A DNA stretch of 48,533 nucleotides, from positions 1 to 48,533 of IMG/VR virus record IMGVR_UViG_3300036778_000214; one strand, given 5' to 3'. Origin of the DNA: a virus (Duplodnaviria; Caudoviricetes). The translations under genes were made by a program, and so were the position numbers. The notes beneath the pieces are model-generated. The model was not told the origin of the DNA, did not search any database, and worked only from the letters and a program-made list of their open reading frames with translations. Numbering within the stretch: the stretch's first letter is position 1; every line of letters begins with the position of its first letter. This document shows, in pieces, positions 16,993 through 24,740 of this stretch.

Positions 16993-17475
16993 TCATTGGT
17001 CATGTCTCTGCTGCTTATCGCGATAAGCTCTACGGATATCCTTGAGAGCCTTATCCAGTCCATCACATTCTTCCTCAAAGTCTGAGAGCGGAGCGTTGAG
17101 CAGCGCGGCATTAACTACGTCAGCGTGTTCTTTCAGAAGCCTTGATGTAAGAAATTCAATGCTGTTCCCAGCAGTCACCATTGCGCGAATCCCTGGATCC
17201 ATTGCATGAAGAATCGCCGGGGCAAGATCGGTGAGTTTTTCTCGTTGAATCGTGGTCTGGCATTTGCGCCAGCGATGGAAAATATTTTGATTATTGTTCC
17301 GCAAGACATCGTGATCGACGCTGCCATCAGGCTTTACGATGCGTTGAAGCTCGTGGGGTGAGCGCAGGCCCAGATCAAAATATGCGCTGGTTATTCGCAG
17401 CGTCGCTTTGAACTGTGTGGTTTCTCGCGACCATTCCTGGAGCGCGGAACACAGAAGGGGGAGGTTGATTTTCAT
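16993..17475 (-). CDS. CII/YdaT-family regulator
   Basis: ALQEWS..TTQ...NNQNIFHRW...LAPAILHAM pattern; lies between cro and O. Confidence 0.8.
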   Translation of the reverse strand: MKINLPLLCSALQEWSRETTQFKATLRITSAYFDLGLRSPHELQRIVKPDGSVDHDVLRNNNQNIFHRWRKCQTTIQREKLTDLAPAILHAMDPGIRAMVTAGNSIEFLTSRLLKEHADVVNAALLNAPLSDFEEECDGLDKALKDIRRAYRDKQQRHDQ

Positions 17476-17732
17476 TGTTCAACCTCATTACGGCTACGTT
17501 CTGTATGCTCAAGTTCGGACGGGAGCCAGAATCTCTGCCAGTCGTCAGGAAGCATTTCACGCCTGGTAACTAAGCCATTGGTCGCCACTTCAATCGCAAG
17601 GGCGCGGGATGGTGGAATTCGTGTGTAACCCGACGCCATTTGTGACAGAAATGACACAGTGATTCCAACTTGTGCGGCTAGTTTTGAAACGCCGCCGCGA
17701 TCAAGTGAGGCGATGAAACTCTGTAATTGCAT
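17472..17732 (-). CDS. cro: Cro/YdaS-family HTH regulator
   Basis: GGVSKLAAQVGITVSFLSQMASG...IEVATNGLVTRREMLPDDW; divergent from the repressor. Confidence 0.85.
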   Translation of the reverse strand: MQLQSFIASLDRGGVSKLAAQVGITVSFLSQMASGYTRIPPSRALAIEVATNGLVTRREMLPDDWQRFWLPSELEHTERSRNEVEQ

Positions 17733-17828
17733 AATTACCTCTTTGCTTATTTGGTTATTAATTTTAGTTAGTTTTGGTTAATAAGTAAATAGGTTGCCTC
17801 TTTTATTAATGCTAATTAAAATTGGTGT
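17733..17828. promoter_or_regulatory. Divergent cro/cI control region
   Basis: Very AT-rich 96-bp gap between divergent HTH genes; repeated TTATTAAT. Confidence 0.6.
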
Positions 17829-18179
17829 ATGGACGAAAAAGAAACCAGAAGAAGACGCTTGAAAGAATGGTTTGCCGATGGCAAGTACCCTGAGAAAGAT
17901 TCAAGCTACATATCACAAGTCATCAACGGGAAATCCATTGGTGAGAAGGCCGCACGCCGCCTAGAGCGTGATTACGGTATGCCTGAAAAATTTTTGGATA
18001 AACCTTATGACGTACCAGAACACTACCCGGTTGAGCTAACCAGTCGGCAGCAAAAAGTAATCGATCTTTTGGACGCGCTTCCTGATGAGGAAGTCGATGA
18101 CTTTATAGTGAAATTACAGGAGAGAAAGGCATTTTATGATCGAAGGCTTCAGAGCTATCTTAGTAAAAACAAGCTTTGA
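17829..18179 (+). CDS. cI: Short CI-type repressor (RacR-like), no peptidase domain
   Basis: RRRRLKEWF...SYISQVING..IGEKAARRLERDYGMPEKFLD HTH; only 116 aa. Confidence 0.82.
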   Translation: MDEKETRRRRLKEWFADGKYPEKDSSYISQVINGKSIGEKAARRLERDYGMPEKFLDKPYDVPEHYPVELTSRQQKVIDLLDALPDEEVDDFIVKLQERKAFYDRRLQSYLSKNKL

Positions 18180-18252
18180 TTATTACCATTCGGTTGTTTT
18201 ATGAATAAATTTGGCCTAATCTTACCCACATGCTCGACAAGTTGTGCCCACG

Positions 18253-18274
18253 AAACCCGCTCCGGCGGGTTTTT
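18253..18274 (+). terminator. Intrinsic terminator after the repressor
   Basis: aaacccgc-tccg-gcgggttttt. Confidence 0.7.
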
Positions 18275-18409
18275 GTGAGATGAGCACCACACATGCGATG
18301 ACACACATTGCCCCTTAAATTTGTCAAAAATCGGATTAAGTTGATTCTTTGCTGATATTTTAAGAACTCTACCTCTGTTAACATCTCATAATGTGCTTTC
18401 AGCGGAGAC

Positions 18410-18823
18410 ATGGACGTGAAGTTAGAAATTCCCGGAACTGCCAGTGATTATGTCACTGAGCAGGGAAAAGATTGTTTAGGTAAAAACTACAAAGCGAACA
18501 GAGCCAAGATTCGAGATCTTGTGCGAATTCATGGGGAAGCAATTAGAGATGTTATTGCTGATGGCAGTAATGTCCATACGGCTAATCTGGATTTTAACGA
18601 TCAAATCGCTGCTTTTATCGCTGAATTGCCTGTTGAAGCCCAAAGCATTTTTTACGATGTTCTGACGGAGGAGATTAATGCACAAGCATTGTCTACCAAA
18701 GACAAAACAAATGAGATAAATGCAAAAATTGCCGCCGATGCAGAATTTTCTAATAATGTGGGCCTGTGGATAGGCGCAGCAATATTACTGGTTGTTGTGC
18801 TTTTCTTTTTTGGGGTTATTTAG
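18410..18823 (+). CDS. Moron: hypothetical protein with C-terminal transmembrane helix
   Basis: 137 aa, GGAG RBS, ends VGLWIGAAILLVVVLFFFGVI. Confidence 0.75.
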   Translation: MDVKLEIPGTASDYVTEQGKDCLGKNYKANRAKIRDLVRIHGEAIRDVIADGSNVHTANLDFNDQIAAFIAELPVEAQSIFYDVLTEEINAQALSTKDKTNEINAKIAADAEFSNNVGLWIGAAILLVVVLFFFGVI

Positions 18824-18860
18824 CATAAATAAAACAATACTCGCTAAGTTTCTCCCACCT

Positions 18861-18884
18861 AAAGCCCGCGTTCAGCGGGCTTTT
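18861..18884. terminator. Probable bidirectional terminator between convergent morons
   Basis: aaagcccgc-gttca-gcgggctttt. Confidence 0.7.
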
Positions 18885-18903
18885 CCGTTATCTGGATGGA
18901 GGG

Positions 18904-19212
18904 TTAAATTTCCACATATTCCGGTAAGTAACCGTACCAGCGCAGTTGATCCAATACATGCTCCATCACCTGTGATGGCCGCGATACCTTAGTTGTTGAA
19001 ATATTGAAAACGTCAGCATGGAGGCTAAGCCCAGGAGCGTAAGGAACATGACTGAACCCCTGAATATAAACGATATCGTTTTCTGATATTACATTTTGCT
19101 TTTGCAGCATGGTGTTCAAATTTTTTTCAATCTTCTTGCATGCAGCGATTAAATGATTTGCTCCATCAGGGGAAAAACTACCATTAATCAAAATATTAGG
19201 TGTTAGAGTCAT
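18904..19212 (-). CDS. Moron: AT-rich hypothetical protein downstream of hicB
   Basis: 102 aa, AGGAG RBS. Confidence 0.65.
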   Translation of the reverse strand: MTLTPNILINGSFSPDGANHLIAACKKIEKNLNTMLQKQNVISENDIVYIQGFSHVPYAPGLSLHADVFNISTTKVSRPSQVMEHVLDQLRWYGYLPEYVEI

Positions 19213-19257
19213 ATTTTTGCTCCTTGAGAATTCTTTTAGGAATCGACGAAAAACTAT

Positions 19258-19599
19258 TCACGAATGCTTCTGGATCGCAAGATCCACACCTTCATTCAGC
19301 AATTCGTTAATTGACATGCCGGTTGCCTGCGACATTACCGCCAAAGCTTCATGACGGGCAGGGGTAAGCCGAGTAGTGACCTTTCCACTGAATGATTTAT
19401 ACGGCTCTATCCCATCTTTGCGGCATTCATCCAGGAAGATCCGCAATGACTCGGAACCCTCCTTTTTGAGTTCTTCCACGCTGTACGCGTAGAAATCCGC
19501 GCCGCCGTTAAGGCCGACGAACTCGCCGCGAAACATTTCTATCTCAGGGTCGAAAGTGATGACGGCCTGATGGCCGTCGATTTTAAGCGTGTTGATCAT
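19258..19599 (-). CDS. hicB: HicB antitoxin
   Basis: FDPEIEMFRGEFVGLNGGADFYA...GIEPYKSFSGK plus C-terminal RHH. Confidence 0.93.
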   Translation of the reverse strand: MINTLKIDGHQAVITFDPEIEMFRGEFVGLNGGADFYAYSVEELKKEGSESLRIFLDECRKDGIEPYKSFSGKVTTRLTPARHEALAVMSQATGMSINELLNEGVDLAIQKHS

Positions 19600-19850
19600 G
19601 GTTTTACCCCCAAACTGTCTAACCATATCCTGATGGAGTTAACCGCCCCCTTGTCAGTGGTTGGTCTCGGGTGCGGGCGGTGGAAAATTTTCTTTTCACC
19701 TTTGAATAAGACCGCAATCCTCGAACCTTCCCTTTCGTGAACTTCCGCGCCGAGAGCAATAAAAAGTGCTTCGATGTCTGACCATTTTATTGAACCGCTA
19801 ACCGGGCGTTTGAACACATCTGACAGCGTTTTCTGATGTCGTTTGTTCAT
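19596..19850 (-). CDS. hicA: HicA toxin (mRNA interferase)
   Basis: MNKRHQKTL...IKWSDIEALF..LG..EREGSR...FHRPHP. Confidence 0.93.
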   Translation of the reverse strand: MNKRHQKTLSDVFKRPVSGSIKWSDIEALFIALGAEVHEREGSRIAVLFKGEKKIFHRPHPRPTTDKGAVNSIRIWLDSLGVKP

Positions 19851-19855
19851 GAATT

Positions 19856-19895
19856 AATAGTATCACATTGTGACACCATGTAAAGGTGTGGTGTC
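19856..19895 (-). promoter_or_regulatory. Putative hicAB promoter with palindromic operator
   Basis: Minus-strand TTTACA-N16-TACTAT a few nt before the hicA ATG; imperfect palindrome gtatcac-att-gtgacac and inverted repeat gacacca/tggtgtc. Confidence 0.55.
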
Positions 19896-19923
19896 GTTAT
19901 TTAGTGTCATTAAGAGGTGCGAA

Positions 19924-20319
19924 ATGCCTGAACCATCCGTCGGTACGCTGGGTGCCACTTTGCTCGTCAGTGGAGTTTCAGTGGCCGGGCTATTTCCTGG
20001 TATCGATCCGGGGGTGTTAATTGCAGCTATCGGCGGGGGGCTGATATTTGTCCTTACTGACAATGATTATTCGCCATTAAAGAAATGGCTACTTTTGCTT
20101 CCTTCGGTGATCGCAGGGATCGTAGCCTCACCCTTCATAGCCGCACTATTGACAGAATTAACCCCGGTGGCCGTTACTGCTAAACGCCCAATCGGTGCTC
20201 TGATTTCCAGTGCAATTGCAGTGAAAATTCTCATGAAATTTGCCGATAATCCCGGCGCTACATTTAAAACAATCCTGAACCTGTTTCGACCAGGCGGGGG
20301 AGGTGGTAATGCTAAATGA
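19924..20319 (+). CDS. Putative holin
   Basis: Multi-TM protein of 131 aa, first gene of the lysis cassette; GAGG RBS. Confidence 0.75.
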   Translation: MPEPSVGTLGATLLVSGVSVAGLFPGIDPGVLIAAIGGGLIFVLTDNDYSPLKKWLLLLPSVIAGIVASPFIAALLTELTPVAVTAKRPIGALISSAIAVKILMKFADNPGATFKTILNLFRPGGGGGNAK

Positions 20320-20632
20320 ACTCTGGATATTTCTGACGTTTCATTTTTCTCATCTACTTAATCAGACACTCCTCGGCCTTAATACGGTTTCGTGTCTGCT
20401 GATTTTTTTTCGTCTGTTTCACTTCAGGCGACAAGGAGCATCACACCGCCCAGGTGTTTCATTGCTGGCTCTGGTGATGATGCTTGCGGCTGTTTCTATC
20501 CCGATCATGATTTTTGCCGGGTACATCAAACAAACCAGCATTCCCCACACAGTTTTGGGTATCACATTGCTGGTGGCCATCTGGAATTCCAACGGAAATC
20601 TGGCTCAACTTTCTAAACCACTGATGAAGTGA
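20309..20632 (+). CDS. Second holin/antiholin (3-TM phage holin family)
   Basis: RLFHFRRQGASHRPGVSLLA...NGNLAQL pattern. Confidence 0.78.
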   Translation: MLNELWIFLTFHFSHLLNQTLLGLNTVSCLLIFFRLFHFRRQGASHRPGVSLLALVMMLAAVSIPIMIFAGYIKQTSIPHTVLGITLLVAIWNSNGNLAQLSKPLMK

Positions 20633-21192
20633 AATGCATGAAAAATCTCTATTCTGAAGACGACATTTTCAAAGAAATCATCACAAGGGAAGGTGGTTAT
20701 GTTAATCACCCCGATGATAAAGGCGGGGCCACATGTTGGGGGATCGCAAAGAAAACGGCGCGGGCCCACGGATATAATGGAGATATGCGGAATCTGACGC
20801 AAGAACAGGCACTGGCAATCTATAAAGCGGATTACTGGCAGGGACCACGTTACGACGAAATTGCAAAACTCTCGTACCCAATCGCAACTGAACTCTGTGA
20901 TACAGGCGTGAATATGGGGCCATCAGTTCAGTCTAAGTTTTTTCAGCGGTGGCTCAACGCTTTCAACGATCAGCAACAAATTTATCCTGACCTGACGCCT
21001 GACGGGCAGATTGGGCCGCGTACCATCAGCGCCTTGAAATCCTTTCTTTCCCATCGTGGAAGCGAAGGGGAAAACGTTATGCTCCGCGCTTTGAACTGTA
21101 GCCAGGGGCAACGTTATCTGGAACTGGCAGAAGGTCGCGAGGCAAACGAATCCTTCATTTACGGCTGGATCAAAAATCGAGTATCGATATGA
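20629..21192 (+). CDS. Endolysin, glycoside hydrolase family 108 plus peptidoglycan-binding domain
   Basis: EGGYVNHPDDKGGATCWGI catalytic motif; DGQIGPRT; FIYGWIKNRV. Confidence 0.93.
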   Translation: MKCMKNLYSEDDIFKEIITREGGYVNHPDDKGGATCWGIAKKTARAHGYNGDMRNLTQEQALAIYKADYWQGPRYDEIAKLSYPIATELCDTGVNMGPSVQSKFFQRWLNAFNDQQQIYPDLTPDGQIGPRTISALKSFLSHRGSEGENVMLRALNCSQGQRYLELAEGREANESFIYGWIKNRVSI

Positions 21193-21461
21193 CGCAAATT
21201 AAAGCCCTCCTGGCATTTGTCGGGGCTGCAATTCTGATCGCTCTCGGGGCACTTGGCATAGGCAATGCTCGTGGGCGCAGTAAAGCGGAAGGCGAAGCGG
21301 AAAAACAACGTACCGATGAGAACGCTGCCGCCTCAAAAGCTGTAGCAGATCGCCGCGTCGAAGCCACTAGCGAGGCCAGTAATGCACAGCAGACTGTCAA
21401 TCACATGCCTGATGACGATGTTGATCGCGAGCTGCGGGACAACTGGACCCGCAAAAGTTGA
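21189..21461 (+). CDS. Inner-membrane spanin (Rz-like)
   Basis: N-terminal TM helix plus helical periplasmic domain after the endolysin. Confidence 0.75.
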   Translation: MTQIKALLAFVGAAILIALGALGIGNARGRSKAEGEAEKQRTDENAAASKAVADRRVEATSEASNAQQTVNHMPDDDVDRELRDNWTRKS

Positions 21462-21603
21462 AGTAATCGACACAGCATGTGACTGGATTAAGCCCATCTA
21501 TGCCACTTCTCATGATTGGGATGTACTGGACCGACAGACTAAAAAAGACATCCTGACGCACAACAGGGCATGGCAACAGAACTGCCAGGAGCCAGTTAAA
21601 TGA
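21382..21603 (+). CDS. Outer-membrane lipoprotein spanin (Rz1-like)
   Basis: Lipobox LIAS-C; overlaps the 3' end of the i-spanin in another frame. Confidence 0.75.
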   Translation: MHSRLSITCLMTMLIASCGTTGPAKVEVIDTACDWIKPIYATSHDWDVLDRQTKKDILTHNRAWQQNCQEPVK

Positions 21604-22100
21604 CAAAACTCTCTGGTGTTTACACCAACCCCGATGGCGCAATTATTCCCGGCGCAAGAATCACCCTGACACTCGGTGGTAATACAGAAAAATCGTTCAT
21701 CAAACGGACCGTTGAGTTCACAACGGGAATGGATGGGTCGTATTCCGTCGAGCTTACCGCTGGCGGGTATTACGTTGACGCGACATATCAGGGGGCAAGA
21801 CGGCCCGAACGGCTCGGAAATATCGCCATAACTGCGAACTCAGATGACGGCACTCTCAATGACTACCTGATCCTGAACAACGAGCCGTATGACCCGGTAT
21901 ATGACGAGATTCAGCAAGGGTTAAGGGATATGGAAGCCATCAAAAATAATCCTGCAAATGTTGTGCAGTTTGAGGCTGATATTCCTGGCGATCCTTCTGG
22001 CTTTTATCTCGTGCTGAATGATGAACAAAAAAATGCCCCGACGTTGTATCTGTACGCGAATGGGCGTAGGTATTGGCTGGCAATGGTGGACGACACATGA
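21600..22100 (+). CDS. Prophage tail-fibre N-terminal (Stf-N-like) domain protein, short
   Basis: LSGVYTNPDG..IPGARITL...DGSYSVEL..G.Y.V...GNIAI...DGTLNDYL. Confidence 0.75.
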   Translation: MTKLSGVYTNPDGAIIPGARITLTLGGNTEKSFIKRTVEFTTGMDGSYSVELTAGGYYVDATYQGARRPERLGNIAITANSDDGTLNDYLILNNEPYDPVYDEIQQGLRDMEAIKNNPANVVQFEADIPGDPSGFYLVLNDEQKNAPTLYLYANGRRYWLAMVDDT

Positions 22101-22408
22101 GTAATCGATTTCCCGCAGAAGCAACGACAGCAGCAACCGTTGCGACTGATTTTAGTGGCGTAACAACAGCGGGTGCGAGCGTTGAAATTCTCGCATATGA
22201 CGAATCCGGCGTACTAACGTGCATTCAGAACCTGAGTGACAGCGATACGCTTTACCTCAGCATTACCGGCGCGGCCAGCGCTCAGCCAGGCAGTTTTCGC
22301 CTTTTGCCGAATGGTTATCTTGAGTTGCCGGGTATTAATGCTGTGACTGCATACGCAGACATTGCAGCGCCGTTTACTGCTGTGAGGTTCCGCTATGCCG
22401 ATGTTTAA
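22097..22408 (+). CDS. Small beta-rich hypothetical protein
   Basis: 103 aa, ATGA-coupled to the upstream gene; IQNLSDSDTLYLS..G.....GSFRLLPNG pattern. Confidence 0.7.
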   Translation: MSNRFPAEATTAATVATDFSGVTTAGASVEILAYDESGVLTCIQNLSDSDTLYLSITGAASAQPGSFRLLPNGYLELPGINAVTAYADIAAPFTAVRFRYADV

Positions 22409-23714
22409 CCCCGCACAGGAAAAAATCTCACGCCTGTTCACGTCGGTGCTTACTGCGCCGTTGCCGGTCATGGACAATGCGCCAGTCACCACGCTGGCGC
22501 GTGGCGTTGGTCTGTCGTCCGCGAGTATCGTCTCCGGTGGTGCCGGGTATAGCGCCGGGGATAATCTGACGCCAGCAGGTGGCGAGTCCGATTTCACCGG
22601 GCGTATTCGTGTGACCGGCGTCGATGAGAATGGCGTGATCACGTCTGCGGCGGTTCAGACTGCGGGCGTCTATTCAGTCACTCCTTCAAATCCGGTCGAA
22701 GTGACTGGTGGTGATGGTGCAGGGGCACAATTCAATCTCGGCTGGAATGCCAGTACAGCATCATCAATCTACAATCCGAAGCTGTTCAGCCGTGCTGATG
22801 ATTCAGCGTTCGAGTTTCTTGGATACTCGCCGAAAGACCCAACTCCCGGTTCAGGATATCGCGGCAATGGAGTGCAGAACGGCACGCAGGCCGTTATCGA
22901 ATTCTATTCTGATGCAGATTACCTCGAATACCGCTTTTCTGGCGGTAATTATCAGGGTGATGTTTACGTCAATGGGCAGAGAATTGCGGCTAAGGCCGTG
23001 AAAACGGACACATCTGGTGCGTCCTATGTGTACGCAATTGACTGGTCCGGAGCGTCAGAAATTCGACACTATCGGCTGTGCGGCATTAACACTGGCTTCG
23101 GAGGTGTGAACGTCGCGCAACAGTACAGCGTATGGGCACCAACAGGCGCACGTAAGCTACTGGCATGGCAAATGGGTGACAGCTATACAGTTGGCATCGG
23201 CGCAACACAAGGTTCCTTCAACATGTTCCGTGTGATGTGTGATTCGCTAGGAATTGAAGGGATAGCTGATGGCATCAGCGGAGCAGGATGGACATCTATT
23301 CAGGATGGGCGTGTGCCGCCGGAGCGCGTCGACATGAAACTAGGTAGTATCACCCGCGCGCCGGACCTCGTGTTTTTCTCAATGGGCTACAACGACGCCG
23401 CCGTGGGGCGAACTGAGCAGCTAAAAGAGAATATCAGGCTGTCGTACAAACGTGTGCGCGAGCTATGCCCGGCGGCAATCGTCATCAACATTGGCCCTGC
23501 AACACCGCTCGGTCGTGTCGGCATCATCACGACAATCAGGCAGGCAGAAATCGAAGTTTGCGAAGAGCTGAATATACCGTTCGTCGATGTCGATGATTGG
23601 GTCAGCGCCGCTAACAAATCAATGTACACAGGCGGCGACGGTGTTCACCCGACCGATGCCGGTCATTTCTATATCGGCGTGCGTATCGCTCAGGCTGTTT
23701 CCGAAATTATCTGA
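22395..23714 (+). CDS. SGNH/GDSL esterase with Gly-rich beta N-terminal region
   Basis: Blocks GDSY, GISGAG, GYND and DGVHP all intact. Confidence 0.88.
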   Translation: MPMFNPAQEKISRLFTSVLTAPLPVMDNAPVTTLARGVGLSSASIVSGGAGYSAGDNLTPAGGESDFTGRIRVTGVDENGVITSAAVQTAGVYSVTPSNPVEVTGGDGAGAQFNLGWNASTASSIYNPKLFSRADDSAFEFLGYSPKDPTPGSGYRGNGVQNGTQAVIEFYSDADYLEYRFSGGNYQGDVYVNGQRIAAKAVKTDTSGASYVYAIDWSGASEIRHYRLCGINTGFGGVNVAQQYSVWAPTGARKLLAWQMGDSYTVGIGATQGSFNMFRVMCDSLGIEGIADGISGAGWTSIQDGRVPPERVDMKLGSITRAPDLVFFSMGYNDAAVGRTEQLKENIRLSYKRVRELCPAAIVINIGPATPLGRVGIITTIRQAEIEVCEELNIPFVDVDDWVSAANKSMYTGGDGVHPTDAGHFYIGVRIAQAVSEII

Positions 23715-23730
23715 AAAAAGTGAGGGTTTC

Positions 23731-23991
23731 GTGACGGACATTTATCAAATCACAATCACAACAACAAATAGTGAAGAATTCGTAGGACTGATGAGACGTA
23801 GGCAGCCAGAAATTGTCAACGGCTATGTCGCTCTGTCAATGGAGAACGGGGACTGGATGTATTTTTCTCCTGAAGATGTTCGGCGGTTTCACTTTGAGCC
23901 GGTTGCTTCTGACGAGGAAAATGACGAAGAAGCTGCGCTTCCAGAAGATGGATCTACGGAGAACGATGCCCCCGCAGAAGCCTCAGAATAA
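23731..23991 (+). CDS. Hypothetical phage protein with acidic tail
   Basis: GAGG RBS and GTG start at 23731; MTDIYQITITT...RRQPEIVNGYVAL. Confidence 0.7.
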   Translation: MTDIYQITITTTNSEEFVGLMRRRQPEIVNGYVALSMENGDWMYFSPEDVRRFHFEPVASDEENDEEAALPEDGSTENDAPAEASE

Positions 23992-24182
23992 ATCAAACGG
24001 CGGCCGAGTGTGGAGATCGTAATTTTACACAGCGCTCCCCAATCACCTGGCATAGGTATTTGGCAGGAAGCTTCGCGAAAGAGGATGACAGCAGTTATGT
24101 CACAGGAACCAGTTGCGAGTGTACATATGACAAAGTGACGGATTCTAATATAGAATATCCTCAAAAATAACGGGGATTATTT

Positions 24183-24686
24183 ATGAGTGTCTGGCCTGCG
24201 ATCATTGGTGCTCTGAGTGTTTTGAGTGGCGTTTTCATTACGAGTAAACTTGATGAAAAACGATGGGGAAAACAGATTTCTTACGAACGAGAGAAAGAAA
24301 AAAGTAAAGTTCTCAGGGAAAAAGGGGAAGAGCTTCACTCATTGATTTCGAGGTGGCAAAAATACATCGGCATTCACCATTTTGGTCAACTCTCCGTTTT
24401 AGAAGGAAAAATATCGGAGTCTCAACGCGATGAAATTGCAATTAAGAATCAATTAGAAGATGGTTTGCATGATCGGCTTGAAACTCTTCTTTTAGTTTAT
24501 TTTTCTGAGCTTGAGCCTTCATATTCTGGAGTTAAAAAGTCTTTAGAGAATGCCAATGGTTTTTATGGTCTAGCACAGAAGAAGACAATGAAACACATAG
24601 ACCTAATGTTCAACCAGACCACGGTGGACATTCAGAGAGAGTTGCAGAGTATTAATGAAGCTATACGAGAAAAATTAAAGGGTTGA
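24183..24686 (+). CDS. Moron: N-terminally membrane-anchored helical protein
   Basis: 167 aa, AT-rich, N-terminal TM helix, TAGAAT -10-like box upstream. Confidence 0.75.
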   Translation: MSVWPAIIGALSVLSGVFITSKLDEKRWGKQISYEREKEKSKVLREKGEELHSLISRWQKYIGIHHFGQLSVLEGKISESQRDEIAIKNQLEDGLHDRLETLLLVYFSELEPSYSGVKKSLENANGFYGLAQKKTMKHIDLMFNQTTVDIQRELQSINEAIREKLKG

Positions 24687-24740
24687 GCAAGTCAAACTCG
24701 TAGGTGAAGCCTCGCTTATGACGGGCTTCGTTGTTAAAGT

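Noticed and set aside
1536-17008. Repeated 12-mer as a CRISPR array or integron attC series
   Set aside because: Copies are short, irregularly spaced by hundreds to thousands of bases and non-palindromic; no cas or intI genes are present
13571-19250. Actively invertible segment
   Set aside because: No flanking inverted repeats seen by eye and no invertase gene in the window; kept only as a layout observation
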